In this document: positions 1-14,116 of the stretch, one piece after another
Numbering within the stretch: the stretch's first letter is position 1
Layout: the number at the start of each line of letters is the position of its first letter
NCBI GenBank assembly: GCA_025408405.1
Contig: JANYJE010000015.1
Span: 1,573-65,572, forward strand
Length of the DNA: 64,000 bases
Origin: Nitrosomonadales bacterium
GTDB lineage: Bacteria; Pseudomonadota; Gammaproteobacteria; Burkholderiales; Gallionellaceae
Direction of reading: 5' to 3'
The notes under the pieces: generated by a model
What the model was told of the DNA's origin: nothing
The model's database searches: none
What the model saw: the letters and a program-made list of their open reading frames with translations, nothing else
Made by a program: the position numbers and the translations under genes

Positions 1-115
1 AGCAGCCGGTATAAATTGAAAAAATAGAGGGAGCGCCACAAATCGCCCGCAACGGGAACGACTGGCTGCTGTGTCCGGGGCAAAAAAAGAAGGGCTAGTT
101 TATCCCGCATCAGGA

Positions 116-358
116 CTAATCAGACTTGCCGGACTTGTCATCTTTGCCGGACTGGCCGCGACTATGTGCCTCGCTGCAAAAATATTTACCCCCCACGAGA
201 AAGCTCTCGTTTTTGGGCAGATGCACACCGCACTCGGCGCAACGCACCATATCTTCGGCACCAGGAGGTTCATCCTGGCGGGTCTGCTGCTTGCGCACGG
301 ATTTGAACCACCAGAAAACCACAGCAACTATGGCAATAATAAACAGCAGACGGCTCAT
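116..358 (-). CDS. small membrane-anchored Cys/His zinc-ribbon-like protein (PP0621-like, family name from memory)
   Basis: 80-aa ORF. It has an N-terminal hydrophobic helix (LLFIIAIVAVVFWWF) followed by CAECG...FCSEAH. Confidence 0.5.
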   Translation of the reverse strand: MSRLLFIIAIVAVVFWWFKSVRKQQTRQDEPPGAEDMVRCAECGVHLPKNESFLVGGKYFCSEAHSRGQSGKDDKSGKSD

Positions 359-396
359 GCACGATACTCCGCAAAAAATCCCAAGGCGATTGACAT

Positions 397-474
<78 letters not shown>

Positions 475-517
475 AATTGTAACCACTAAAACTGCCGCGC
501 ATCAGCATTGCCCCAAA

Positions 518-1486
518 TCAGGATTGTCGAGACGCGGCGAATTTGGCCAATTCTAGCAAAGATTGCTTGTACTGCGTATCCGGCAGCACGGCCAGCGCAG
601 CACAGGCTGCGGCAGACTCGCGTTCGGCCTGCTGCCTGGTGTAATCCAGGGCGCCGGTCTGCTGCACCACCTGCAACACCTCGGCAAAACGCCCCAGATC
701 GCCCTGCTCTATCGCCGTACGTACCACTGCCGCCTGTTCGGGCGTGCCGTGCTGCATGGCGTATATCAGCGGCAGGGTGGGCTTGCCCTCTGCCAGATCG
801 TCACCCAGGCTTTTTCCAATTTCCTGTGCATCGCCGGAATAATCCAGCACGTCGTCCACCAGTTGAAATGCCGTACCCAGATGCATGCCGTACAACGCCG
901 CAGCCTGCTCGTGATCCTGATTCGCGCGCGACAGGATCGCGCCCAGACGCATCGCGGCTTCAAACAGCTTGGCAGTCTTGCAATGGATCACGCGCAGATA
1001 ATTTGACGCATCCACACTGGCATCGTGGCAATTCAGCAATTGCAGCACTTCGCCTTCGGCGATGGTATTGGTGGCATCCGCCAGCGTCTGCATCACGCGC
1101 ATGTCCCCCACTTCCACCATCATCTGGAAAGCGCGGGAATACAGGAAGTCGCCCACCAGCACACTGGCCGCATTGCCAAACAAGGCGCTGGCGGTGGCAC
1201 GGCCGCGGCGCAGCTCGGATTCGTCCACCACATCATCGTGCAACAGCGTAGCCGTATGAATAAACTCGACCACCGCAGCCAGCTCATGGTGATGCCTGCC
1301 GCTGTAGCCGAACGCCTGCGCGGACAACACCACCAGCGCCGGGCGCAGGCGCTTGCCACCGCTGTTGACGATGTACTCGCCAACCTGGCTGACCAGGGCC
1401 ACTTCGGAATGCAGGCGCGTGCGGATCACCTGATCCACGACCTCCATATCCGCCGCGATTAATTTCTTGAGATTCTCTTGTGACAC
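518..1486 (-). CDS. ispB: octaprenyl-diphosphate synthase (trans-polyprenyl synthase)
   Basis: 322 aa. It carries both Asp-rich motifs, LLHDDVVDESELRRG and FQLVDDVLDY. Confidence 0.9.
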   Translation of the reverse strand: MSQENLKKLIAADMEVVDQVIRTRLHSEVALVSQVGEYIVNSGGKRLRPALVVLSAQAFGYSGRHHHELAAVVEFIHTATLLHDDVVDESELRRGRATASALFGNAASVLVGDFLYSRAFQMMVEVGDMRVMQTLADATNTIAEGEVLQLLNCHDASVDASNYLRVIHCKTAKLFEAAMRLGAILSRANQDHEQAAALYGMHLGTAFQLVDDVLDYSGDAQEIGKSLGDDLAEGKPTLPLIYAMQHGTPEQAAVVRTAIEQGDLGRFAEVLQVVQQTGALDYTRQQAERESAAACAALAVLPDTQYKQSLLELAKFAASRQS

Positions 1487-1576
1487 TGTTACACCCTGGA
1501 AAAATTAAGTCGCTGCATAGAGCGCCACAGTACTGCGCCCATTTATTCGAGCCGCGCATTGTCGCATAAAAACCGT

Positions 1577-2848
1577 TTATCGCGACTCAGGCGCCCTGCC
1601 AGTTCTCCATAAATACGCGCCTATCATCACTCCGACCACGCTCAGAGCCACGACATAATGCGCCGGCGCCAGCGCGTCCGAGCTCAACAGCATGCTGACT
1701 GCCACAGGCGTCAGCCCGCCGAAAACGGCATACGCCACGTTGTAGGAAAACGACAAGCCGCTGAATCGCACCGCAGACGGGAAGGCCTTGACTGCCACGC
1801 TGGGAACCACACCAATCACCCCAACAAAGAAACCACACAGCGCATACAACTCATTGATGCGCTGCGGCGCTAGCGACATCTGCTGGTAAAACAGTGCAGA
1901 TGTCGCGCCCAGCATTACGCAGCCTATCATCAACACGCGCCCCGGGCCAAAACGATCAGCCAGCGCACCGAACACGATGCAACCCAGACTCAGGCACAGT
2001 GTCGCCATGCTGTTGGCCTGCAGGGTGGTCGCCGCTGCAATGCCGTAGAGTTTTTGCAGCAGCGGTGGCGTCATTAAAATCATCACTATGATCGCCGCAG
2101 ACAGCAGCCAGGTCAGCAGCATGGTCAGCACCACCGCCGGCCGGTGTGCACGCACCACCGTTTTCAACGGCAATTCACTGGCCAATTCCTGCCTGGCCTG
2201 CATCTCCTTGAACACGGGTGTTTCATGCAACCACTGGCGCAGCCACACCGACACCAGCCCGAAAATGCCGCCGATGATAAAAGGGATGCGCCAGCCTTCT
2301 GCCAGCACTTCGGCTGGCGTGTACATTTTATTGATGACTGTCGCCACCAGAGACCCCAGCAGTATGCCGGCGGTCAGCCCCGCCGTCAGCACTCCGCAGG
2401 CGAAGCCGATATGGCGCGCAGGCACATGCTCGGACACAAATACCCAGGCGCCAGGCACCTCACCGCCAATCGCCGCCCCTTGCAGCAGGCGCAAGGCCAG
2501 CAATGACAACGGCGCCCAGATACCGATGACGGCATAGGTAGGCAACAGGCCTATCGCCAGTGTCGGCACGGACATCAGGAATATGCTCAGCATGAACATG
2601 CGCTTGCGCCCCAGCAAGTCGCCGAAATGCGCCATGACGATGCCGCCCAGCGGGCGCGCCAGATAGCCCGCAGCGAATATCCCGAAAGTCTGCAGCTGCC
2701 GCAGCCAGTCGGGCATATCGTGCGGAAAAAACAACTGCCCGATGACGACCGCAAAAAACACGAAAATAATGAAGTCATAGAATTCCAGCGCCCCGCCAAG
2801 TGCAGCCAGCAATAAAGTCCGATAATCCTGGCGCGTCAATCTCCGCAT
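1577..2848 (-). CDS. MFS transporter, metabolite:H+ symporter (ProP-like) type
   Basis: 423 aa and about 12 hydrophobic segments. The MFS loop motif GDLLGRKR is present and the N-terminus reads GGALEFYDF. Confidence 0.8.
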   Translation of the reverse strand: MRRLTRQDYRTLLLAALGGALEFYDFIIFVFFAVVIGQLFFPHDMPDWLRQLQTFGIFAAGYLARPLGGIVMAHFGDLLGRKRMFMLSIFLMSVPTLAIGLLPTYAVIGIWAPLSLLALRLLQGAAIGGEVPGAWVFVSEHVPARHIGFACGVLTAGLTAGILLGSLVATVINKMYTPAEVLAEGWRIPFIIGGIFGLVSVWLRQWLHETPVFKEMQARQELASELPLKTVVRAHRPAVVLTMLLTWLLSAAIIVMILMTPPLLQKLYGIAAATTLQANSMATLCLSLGCIVFGALADRFGPGRVLMIGCVMLGATSALFYQQMSLAPQRINELYALCGFFVGVIGVVPSVAVKAFPSAVRFSGLSFSYNVAYAVFGGLTPVAVSMLLSSDALAPAHYVVALSVVGVMIGAYLWRTGRAPESR

Positions 2849-3036
2849 GTTTCTCTACCCTTAAATTTAGGAGGCCCGCGATTCTAGCCAATGCGATGAT
2901 GCTTAGCCATCTTGCCGAACGTTACAGCGCGGTCAAATGAGCTGCACTTGCGAAAAACAGGCTATTCGTGGATAATCTGCCCCCTTATGCGTGCGTACAC
3001 CCTGCCGCACCAATTTTTGATGCTAGGAAAACCAAG

Positions 3037-3255
3037 ATGAAAACCGATATTCACCCGCAATACACCGAGATCGCCGTGAACTGCAGCTGTGGCAACGCGT
3101 TCAAGACCAAGTCCACCATGGGCAAGCCTCTGCACGTTGAAGTTTGCTCGGCATGCCACCCGTTCTACACCGGCACACAGAAGATTGTAGATACCGCTGG
3201 CCGCATTGAGAAGTTCAACAAGAAATACAGCAAGGGCGCAGCCGCTGCCGCTTAA
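3037..3255 (+). CDS. rpmE: 50S ribosomal protein L31 (Zn-binding form)
   Basis: [12 protein letters not shown]...CSC...[10 protein letters not shown]. An AGGAAA SD lies about 7 nt upstream of the ATG at 3037. The track ORF start at 2968 is an upstream extension. Confidence 0.95.
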   Translation: MKTDIHPQYTEIAVNCSCGNAFKTKSTMGKPLHVEVCSACHPFYTGTQKIVDTAGRIEKFNKKYSKGAAAAA

Positions 3256-3274
3256 TGGCTCGTTGCATCTGACC

Positions 3275-3306
3275 AAAAAAGGCAGCAGACGCTGCCTTTT
3301 TTTGTT
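3275..3306 (+). terminator. rho-independent terminator of rpmE
   Basis: AAAAAAGGCAGC-AGAC-GCTGCCTTTTTTT hairpin followed by a T-run, 20 nt after the stop codon. Confidence 0.75.
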
Positions 3307-3469
3307 TGCTCTGAACCCGCTACACTTACCCAAGGCGGAGAAACACGGGCAAAGCTAGTTGACTTGCCTGAACGCTGCTCAATCTTGCTTGCTTCAGCAT
3401 CAAGGTTAAAATGCTAAAAGCGACATCCATGCACCCATCATGTCCATAGTATAAGGCTGCTTCTATCAC

Positions 3470-5104
3470 ATGTTTGCTTACTCCACCCTTGCAGAACCAG
3501 CGATGACGCCTACCAAGACGTTGTTCTTCGCGCTGCTCTGCGCCACCTGGATAGGCACAGGCCTGATCGGCCACGACCCGTGGAAACCCGATGAGGTCTA
3601 CAGTTTCGGCATCGTGTTTCAGATGCTGCAAAGTGGTGACTGGCTGGTTCCTGCACTGGCGGGCGAGCCGTTTATGGACAAGCCGCCGCTGTTCTATATC
3701 ACTGCGGCGGCTTTTGCCAAGCTGCTCTCGCCGCTGCTGCCGCTGCATGATGGCGCGCGCCTGGCCAGCGGCTTCTACAACGCCCTCACCCTGATGTTTA
3801 TTGGCTTTGCCGGGCGCGAACTGTTTGGCAAGGGGCGCGGCTGGGCGGCAGCTGTCATTCTGATAGGCTGCCTCGGCATGCTGGTGCGCACCCACTTCCT
3901 CGTTACCGATCTTGCCCTGCTGACGGGCTGTGCCATGATGCTTTATGGCTACGCGCTCAGCCTGCGCCGCACCCTGCTGCCGGGCCTGTTGATCGGCACC
4001 GGGATAGGCATCGGCTTCCTGTCCAAAGGTTTTATCGCGCCGATACTGTTTATTTCCATCAGCGCCACCCTGCTGTTTTTCCGCGCTTGGCGCACGCGCG
4101 CATTTTTCACCACCCTCGCCATCGCAGTCGTGTGCGCCTTGCCCTGGCTCACCCTCTGGCCTTATCTGCTGTACCAGCGCTCACCGCAGCTGTTTATGGA
4201 GTGGGCGTGGAAGCTGAATATCGGGCACTGGCTCGACTACGCACGCCGCGGCCAATACGATGAAGTTTTCTACTACGTAAAAATCCTGCCCTGGTTTGCC
4301 TGGCCGGCCTTGCCGATGGGTGCGTGGGCGGTGTGGCATGCACGCAAAAAAGTACTGCAACAGCCAGAATTCCAGCTGTTGCTGGCGACCTTCCTGGTGA
4401 TGCTGGCAACCCTGAGCATCGTGCCGAATATCGAGGAAATATTTGCGCTGCCGATGCTGCTGCCGCTATCCCTGCTGGCCACCGCCTCGCTCTCCAGCTT
4501 GCGCCGCGGCGCTGCGAATGCGCTGGACTGGTTCGGCATCATGACTTTTGGTTTTTTTGCCATCCTGCTGTGGTCGGGTTGGCTTAACCTGTATCTGAAC
4601 AGCGACTCGCGCATCACTCACTGGCTGAAAAACTACCAGCCCGAAGTGGAACCCCACTTCCAGCTCCTCCCCTTCAGTCTCGCCGTCGCTGCCACGCTGC
4701 TGTGGATCGTGCTGGTATGGCGCGTGGGCCGCTCCATCCGCCGTTCCGTCATCAACTGGGCCATAGGCGTTACCCTGCTGTGGGTGCTGGTGATGACCCT
4801 GTGGTTGCCGTGGCTGGACAGCAGCAAGAGCTATCGCAGCATGGTCGAGTCGCTGACAGAATCGCTGCCGGAAAAACGCGACTGCATCGCCAGCCGCTAT
4901 CTGGGTGACGGACAGAAAGCCATGCTGCACTACTTCGGAAATATCGTGACACGCGACGGTGGCGAGCGCTCATGCAACTTGCTGCTGACGCAAGGCAACC
5001 TGTCCAGATCCGATCAGGAACAAGGCCATTGGACTACCGTATGGGAAGGCGGCCGCCGTGGCGAGAAAGACGAGCGCTACTACCTGTATCAGCGCCAGTA
5101 CTAA
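3470..5104 (+). CDS. ArnT/PMT-like (GT39/GT83-type) membrane glycosyltransferase
   Basis: 544-aa polytopic protein. The N-terminal region reads GHDPWKPDEVYSFGIVFQML...DKPPLFY, as in undecaprenyl-phosphate-sugar transferases. The start could instead be the ATG at 3503. Confidence 0.65.
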   Translation: MFAYSTLAEPAMTPTKTLFFALLCATWIGTGLIGHDPWKPDEVYSFGIVFQMLQSGDWLVPALAGEPFMDKPPLFYITAAAFAKLLSPLLPLHDGARLASGFYNALTLMFIGFAGRELFGKGRGWAAAVILIGCLGMLVRTHFLVTDLALLTGCAMMLYGYALSLRRTLLPGLLIGTGIGIGFLSKGFIAPILFISISATLLFFRAWRTRAFFTTLAIAVVCALPWLTLWPYLLYQRSPQLFMEWAWKLNIGHWLDYARRGQYDEVFYYVKILPWFAWPALPMGAWAVWHARKKVLQQPEFQLLLATFLVMLATLSIVPNIEEIFALPMLLPLSLLATASLSSLRRGAANALDWFGIMTFGFFAILLWSGWLNLYLNSDSRITHWLKNYQPEVEPHFQLLPFSLAVAATLLWIVLVWRVGRSIRRSVINWAIGVTLLWVLVMTLWLPWLDSSKSYRSMVESLTESLPEKRDCIASRYLGDGQKAMLHYFGNIVTRDGGERSCNLLLTQGNLSRSDQEQGHWTTVWEGGRRGEKDERYYLYQRQY

Positions 5105-5107
5105 ACT

Positions 5108-5500
5108 TTAGTTCTCCAGCAGCTTCCTCAAGTTGTGCAAATCCTGCTCCACCAGCTGCCCGTCTCTGGCGTAGTCTGCATCCGACATCCCGGGCTGGCG
5201 CAACAGGGTAAAAATGACCGTGCTGCCGCCGGCATTGGGCAACACGCGCATGGGCACGCAGATTTCAACACCAGGCGCAGGGGTCACATAATGGTCCAGT
5301 ACGCCGAATATGTTTTTTTCTGCGAAGCGGATATGCATTTCACCCTGCGCCGTTTGCACCAGCCATCCCGCGTCGGTCAGGCTCACCGACTGGCATAGCC
5401 CGCCTGCCCACTGCGGCAGATTCTGCGGATTCACCACATACTCGTAAACCTTGCCCGGAGGACAATCGATGTTGATGCTTAGCGTCTGCACCTGACGCAT
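5108..5500 (-). CDS. SRPBCC (polyketide cyclase/AHSA1-like) superfamily protein
   Basis: 130 aa starting MRQVQTLSINIDCPPGKVYEYVVNPQNLPQW. The start at 5500 is chosen because it lies 4 nt after the aroC stop; the longer track ORF would overlap aroC. Confidence 0.6.
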   Translation of the reverse strand: MRQVQTLSINIDCPPGKVYEYVVNPQNLPQWAGGLCQSVSLTDAGWLVQTAQGEMHIRFAEKNIFGVLDHYVTPAPGVEICVPMRVLPNAGGSTVIFTLLRQPGMSDADYARDGQLVEQDLHNLRKLLEN

Positions 5501-5504
5501 TGCG

Positions 5505-6611
5505 TTATACCGCTTTGCCGGGGATCTTCGGTGTGGGGCACACCACATCCGCATTCTGTGCGCGCTGGCGCAAGGCGTGCTCGATCAACACCAGCGCCAG
5601 CATGGCCTCGGCGATAGGCGTGGCGCGGATGCCAACACACGGGTCGTGACGGCCATGCGTTTCCACCATGGCCGGATTGCCCTGCTTGTCGATGGAGCGA
5701 CGCGGAATGCGGATGCTCGAAGTAGGCTTGATCGCCACATGGGCCACAATCTCCTGCCCGGTGGAAATGCCGCCGAGCACGCCGCCTGCATGGTTGGACA
5801 AGAAGCCCTGCGGCGTCAGCTCATCGCCGTGCTCGCTGCCGCGCTGGGTCACGCAGCCGAAGCCCGCGCCGATCTCCACCCCCTTGACCGCATTGATGCC
5901 CATCATGGCATAGGCGATGTCGGCATCCAGCCGGTCGTACACCGGCTCGCCCCAGCCTACCGGCACGTTCTCCGCCACCACGGTGAGTTTGGCGCCGATG
6001 GAATCGCCCGACTTGCGCAACGCATCCATGTAGTCCTCAAGCTGGCCGATATAGCCCGCATCCGCCACAAAAAAACTGTTGCCATCCTCCGTGAGGTCGC
6101 CCCAGCTCTTGAACGGCACCACGATCTCGCCCAGCTGCGCCATGTAGCCGTGGATCAGCACGCCATAGCGCTCGTGCAGCCACTTCTTGGCGATGGCGCC
6201 GGCCGCCACGCGCACCGCGGTTTCGCGTGCCGAAGAGCGCCCGCCGCCGCGCGGATCACGAATGCCGTATTTCTGCCAGTAGGTGTAGTCGGCATGCCCC
6301 GGGCGAAAGCTCTCTGCGATATCGCCGTAGTCCTTGCTGCGCTGGTCTTCGTTGCGTATCAAAAGCGCGATAGGCGTGCCGGTGGTCTTGCCCTCGTACA
6401 CGCCCGACAGAATTTCCACTGCGTCGGATTCGCGCCGTTGTGTAACGTGGCGCGAGGTGCCAGGCTTGCGCCGATCCAGCTCGTGCTGGATATACTCTGC
6501 GGAAATTTCCATCCCCGGCGGGCAGCCGTCCACCACGCAGCCGATGGCCGGCCCGTGCGACTCACCGAACGAAGTAACGCTGAACAAATTGCCGAATATA
6601 TTTCCAGACAT
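5505..6611 (-). CDS. aroC: chorismate synthase
   Basis: 368 aa. Motifs [14 protein letters not shown] and [11 protein letters not shown] are present. Confidence 0.95.
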   Translation of the reverse strand: MSGNIFGNLFSVTSFGESHGPAIGCVVDGCPPGMEISAEYIQHELDRRKPGTSRHVTQRRESDAVEILSGVYEGKTTGTPIALLIRNEDQRSKDYGDIAESFRPGHADYTYWQKYGIRDPRGGGRSSARETAVRVAAGAIAKKWLHERYGVLIHGYMAQLGEIVVPFKSWGDLTEDGNSFFVADAGYIGQLEDYMDALRKSGDSIGAKLTVVAENVPVGWGEPVYDRLDADIAYAMMGINAVKGVEIGAGFGCVTQRGSEHGDELTPQGFLSNHAGGVLGGISTGQEIVAHVAIKPTSSIRIPRRSIDKQGNPAMVETHGRHDPCVGIRATPIAEAMLALVLIEHALRQRAQNADVVCPTPKIPGKAV

Positions 6612-6680
6612 GGGCAGACTCGCTAAATTGATGATGCAAGTTTAACATATCGCCATTCCAGTCTCCCACGGGCACACGCC

Positions 6681-7682
6681 ATGAAAGCCATCCTGATGAC
6701 CGCAGCAGGTTCAAGCGAAGTGCTGCAATTGCGCGACCTGCCCATCCCCGACTTGCCCTCTGCACATCATCTGCGCGTGAAACTTGCTGCCGCCGGCGTC
6801 AACCCGATTGACACCAAGCTGCGCGCCAAACCCCTCTACTACCCGGACAAACTGCCCGCCATACTGGGCTGCGATGGCGCCGGCAGCGTCGCGGCAACAG
6901 GCGCCGAAGTCACTAGTTTCAAGGTGGGTGACGCCGTATATTTCTGCAACGGCGGCATAGGCGACGAACCCGGCTGCTATGCCGAATACACCAGCGTGCA
7001 CGAGGATTACTGCGCCGCCAAACCCGTGTCGCTCGGCATGGCGGAAAGCGCAGCCCTGCCGCTGGTATGGATTACCGCATGGGAGGCGCTGGTCGAGCGC
7101 GTCAAGCTGCAAGCAGGACAAACCGTCCTGATCCATGCCGGCGCCGGAGGTGTCGGGCATATCGCCGTGCAGCTCGCGCGCCACCTCGGTGCACGCATTG
7201 CAGTGACCGTCAGCGATGAACACAAAAGCGCCATTGCGAAATCTCTGGGCGTGGAAAAAATCATCCACTATCGCCAGCAGGACTTCGTGGCCGAAACACT
7301 GGCATGGACTGGTGACCGGGGAGCTGACGTGGTGTTCGACACCGTGGGCGGCGAAACTTTCATCCGTTCTTTGAGTGCGGCACGCTGCGGCGGTAAAGTC
7401 GTGAGCCTGCTCTCCACCCCGCTGTCTCTGGCCGACATCCAGCTGGCCAGACTGCGCAACCTGTCGCTGTGCTATGAACTGATGCTTGCGCCGCAGGTGA
7501 TGCAGCAGCACGACGAGCGTGTGCGTCAACGCAAGATACTGCAACAGGGTGCGCAACTCGCGGATTCCGGCAAACTCAGGATACTGGTCAGTCAAATGCT
7601 GCCGCTGTCAGAGGCGGCACAGGCACATCGATTGATCGAGCAAGGCGGCGTCTCCGGCAAGATCGTGCTGACGATGGAGTAA
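6681..7682 (+). CDS. MDR-family NAD(P)H quinone oxidoreductase / zinc-type alcohol dehydrogenase-like
   Basis: 333 aa. The fold runs from GVNPID through the Rossmann motif HAGAGGVGHIAVQ to SGKIVL at the C-terminus. Confidence 0.85.
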   Translation: MKAILMTAAGSSEVLQLRDLPIPDLPSAHHLRVKLAAAGVNPIDTKLRAKPLYYPDKLPAILGCDGAGSVAATGAEVTSFKVGDAVYFCNGGIGDEPGCYAEYTSVHEDYCAAKPVSLGMAESAALPLVWITAWEALVERVKLQAGQTVLIHAGAGGVGHIAVQLARHLGARIAVTVSDEHKSAIAKSLGVEKIIHYRQQDFVAETLAWTGDRGADVVFDTVGGETFIRSLSAARCGGKVVSLLSTPLSLADIQLARLRNLSLCYELMLAPQVMQQHDERVRQRKILQQGAQLADSGKLRILVSQMLPLSEAAQAHRLIEQGGVSGKIVLTME

Positions 7683-7704
7683 TGCCAACACTTGCAGAGT
7701 AATC

Positions 7705-8499
7705 ATGTTCATCGACACCCACTGCCACCTCGACGCCAGCGAATTTGGCGACACGCCCGCTGCGCTGGTAGAGGAAGCGCTGGATGCGGGTGTCGCTGGC
7801 ATCGTGGTTCCCGGCGTGGAGCGCGCCAACTTTGCCGCAGTGCAAAACATCTGCGCCCGTCACCCAGGCTGCGCGCCCGCCTATGGCATCCACCCCATGT
7901 ATGTGGAGCGCGCCACAGCAGGCGATCTCGACGTTTTGCGCGAGTATCTGCAACACCCCGATACTGTTGCCGTTGGCGAAATCGGGCTGGATTTTTTCAT
8001 CGCTGGTTACGACCGGGGAAAACAGGAATTTTATTTCGCAGCACAACTCAAGCTCGCACGCGAGATCGACCTGCCCGTGCTGCTGCATATCCGCCGCGCT
8101 CAGGACACCATCCTCAAACACCTGCGCCAGCATAAAGTGCGCGGCGGCATCGCACACGCCTTTAACGGCAGCCCGCAGCAGGCCGAGGAATTCATCAAGC
8201 TGGGCTTCAAGCTGGGCTTCGGCGGCGCCATGACCTATCCCCGCGCCAGCAAACTGCGCGAACTGGCCCGCACCTTGCCGCTGGAGAGCATCGTGCTGGA
8301 AACCGATGCCCCCGACATCCCGCCCGCCTTTCTGCAAAGCGGAGAAGCCAACCGCCCGAGCTATTTGCCGCGCATTGCGCAAACGCTCGCCGATTTGCGT
8401 GGCTTGCCACTGCAAGACATTGCGCGCGTTACTACAGACAATGCACGGTCTGTCTTGCCAAAAATTCCCCCTGCCATGCCTAACTGGAGAATTCAATGA
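7705..8499 (+). CDS. TatD-family metal-dependent hydrolase
   Basis: 264 aa. MFIDTHCHLD, AVGEIGLDF, HIRRA, and ETDAP motifs are present. Confidence 0.85.
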   Translation: MFIDTHCHLDASEFGDTPAALVEEALDAGVAGIVVPGVERANFAAVQNICARHPGCAPAYGIHPMYVERATAGDLDVLREYLQHPDTVAVGEIGLDFFIAGYDRGKQEFYFAAQLKLAREIDLPVLLHIRRAQDTILKHLRQHKVRGGIAHAFNGSPQQAEEFIKLGFKLGFGGAMTYPRASKLRELARTLPLESIVLETDAPDIPPAFLQSGEANRPSYLPRIAQTLADLRGLPLQDIARVTTDNARSVLPKIPPAMPNWRIQ

Positions 8500-8933
8500 A
8501 AGCAACGCTGAGGCCCGGCATCAAATACGAGCACAAATTCGTAGTGCCGCCGTCGAAAACTGTCCCGGCCCTATACCCAGAATCGGAAGAATTTATGGCC
8601 ATGCCAGAAGTCTTTGCTACTGGTTTTCTGGTGGGCTTCCTTGAGTGGGCCTGCATAAAAGCCATCAACCCGCATCTTGATTGGCCCCAAGAACAAACGC
8701 TTGGAACGCACATCGACGTAAGTCACGAGGCCGCCACGCCTGCTGGCCTGGAGGTCACGGCAACGGTCGAACTTATCGGCGTAGAAGGCAGGAAACTCAT
8801 TTTCAGAGTGGAGGCTCACGATGGCATAGATTTAATTTCCAAGGGGCGTCACGAGCGGTTCATAATCCACAAAGAGAAATTCGATGCCAAGGTGGGCGAG
8901 AAAAAAAAGCTCATGCCATTTGATCAGGGCTAG
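8496..8933 (+). CDS. hotdog-fold thioesterase (fluoroacetyl-CoA thioesterase-like subfamily)
   Basis: 145 aa with VFATGFLVGFLEWACIKA...GTHIDVSHEAATP. Its ATGA start overlaps the stop of the TatD-family gene. Confidence 0.65.
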   Translation: MKATLRPGIKYEHKFVVPPSKTVPALYPESEEFMAMPEVFATGFLVGFLEWACIKAINPHLDWPQEQTLGTHIDVSHEAATPAGLEVTATVELIGVEGRKLIFRVEAHDGIDLISKGRHERFIIHKEKFDAKVGEKKKLMPFDQG

Positions 8934-8998
8934 CCCTGGCTCCAGTCTCGATGAGTTTGCACAATTTGTGGCCTGTTTGGTGTTGAAATGGAGTTTCT

Positions 8999-12604
<3,606 letters not shown>

Positions 12605-12738
12605 GGGGCACAGCTAATGCGGAAGCACACAACATACACCGCGGGCAGCGCAATTTTAATGTTGCTTGTATTGTTCTCCGCTGAAACGGGAGTCGCCTCG
12701 CGCAGTAGCAAAGTGTTTTTTCCGGGATAATACACACG

Positions 12739-13464
12739 ATGAAAAATATCCCGCCCCAATTCACCCGCACCCACATCCTGCTTGGCGATGACGGCCTGCA
12801 ACTCCTCGCCGGCAAACACATCTTTGTCGCCGGGCTGGGAGGCGTCGGCTCCTATTGCGCAGAAGCACTGGCGCGCGCAGGCATCGGCCGCCTCACCCTG
12901 CTCGACCACGACCGGGTGGTGGTCAGCAACATCAACCGCCAGTTGCCGGCGCTGCTTTCCACCGTGGGGCAATCCAAGGCCGAACTGATGCGCGCGCGCA
13001 TTGCCGACATCAATCCTGCGTGCCAGGTTGTGATTCTGCAAACTTTTCTCAACATCGATAACGTCAACGAGCTGGTGCCCGCAGACTGCGATTACGTGAT
13101 TGACTGTATCGACTCGCTGTCATGCAAGGTGGCGCTGGTGGCGGAAAGCTGGAAACGCGGCCTGAATGTCGCGTCCAGCATGGGGGCGGGCAACCGGCTC
13201 GACCCGACGCGCATCAAGGTGGTGGATATCGGCAAGACCGAGGTGTGCCCGCTGGCACGGCAGATGCGCATACGCCTGCACCGCCAGGGAATCTACAAAG
13301 GAGTGCTGACTGTGTTTTCCGACGAAGCCGGCAGCGCTCCGTTGCCGCCGCAACCGGTGGGTCACGGCCGCGATCGCGCGGTGAACGGCACCATCAGCTA
13401 CATGCCGCCGCTGTTTGGCTACATGCTGGCGGGCGCGGTGCTCAAACGCCTGCTGGGAAAATAA
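12739..13464 (+). CDS. tcdA: tRNA threonylcarbamoyladenosine dehydratase (ThiF/E1-like)
   Basis: 241 aa with VAGLGGVGSYCAEALARAGIGRLTLLDHDRVVVSNINRQ. Confidence 0.85.
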   Translation: MKNIPPQFTRTHILLGDDGLQLLAGKHIFVAGLGGVGSYCAEALARAGIGRLTLLDHDRVVVSNINRQLPALLSTVGQSKAELMRARIADINPACQVVILQTFLNIDNVNELVPADCDYVIDCIDSLSCKVALVAESWKRGLNVASSMGAGNRLDPTRIKVVDIGKTEVCPLARQMRIRLHRQGIYKGVLTVFSDEAGSAPLPPQPVGHGRDRAVNGTISYMPPLFGYMLAGAVLKRLLGK

Positions 13465-13496
13465 TCAAACACCGCTGCACTGCGCTTAAACCGGCC

Positions 13497-14036
13497 TTAG
13501 TCCTTGCGCAGCGACATGCGTGCGAAGATATTATTTTTCAGGATGAACTGATGCTTCAGGGCGCCGGCCACATGCACCAGGGTCAGCAGCACCAGCGCCT
13601 GGGCCAGCAGGCCATGCACTTGGTGCGAGGCAAAATCATCGAAATCATCAGGCAAGTTGCCAACGTGCTTGAACAGGATCGCGAACAGATCGGCGTTGAG
13701 CGCCAACACCACGCCGGACAGTACTGCCAGCGCGGTCAGCAGGTAGAGCAGGTGATGCACCCCCGTACCCACCTTGTCCATCAGCGGGCTATCAGTCACC
13801 ACCGGCGCAGGCTTGGGGGTGCGCATGCGCACGATCAGGCGCAGCAGGGTCAGCACCAGAATGCCCAGGCCGCCTACGATGTGCAACTTCAGCAGCAACA
13901 CCTTTTCCGGCACGTCATTTTTCATCTCGTCCAACACAAAAGATCCCATCACAAATGTGCCCAAAATAGCGATGGCCAGCAACCAGTGCAGCACAACCAA
14001 GGCGGGATGGTAACGTTTAATTTCGGACATGCTCAT
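13497..14036 (-). CDS. cytochrome b561-family membrane protein
   Basis: Four TM helices with conserved His residues (HWLLA, HIVGG, HHLLY, and LVHVAGALKH). The start is set at MSMSEIKRYH. Confidence 0.8.
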   Translation of the reverse strand: MSMSEIKRYHPALVVLHWLLAIAILGTFVMGSFVLDEMKNDVPEKVLLLKLHIVGGLGILVLTLLRLIVRMRTPKPAPVVTDSPLMDKVGTGVHHLLYLLTALAVLSGVVLALNADLFAILFKHVGNLPDDFDDFASHQVHGLLAQALVLLTLVHVAGALKHQFILKNNIFARMSLRKD

Positions 14037-14116
14037 TCCTATAATATGGCCGTGGAAAATCAGGCGGCTGGAAAGGTAGCGGAAAGCACGCGGCATTGCA
14101 AGCGCGCCACTCGTTA

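Noticed and set aside
508-1251. 247-aa + strand ORF antisense to ispB
   Set aside because: The sequence is Arg/Pro/Ala-rich low-complexity, typical of the antisense frame of a GC-rich gene. ispB on the opposite strand carries clear catalytic motifs.
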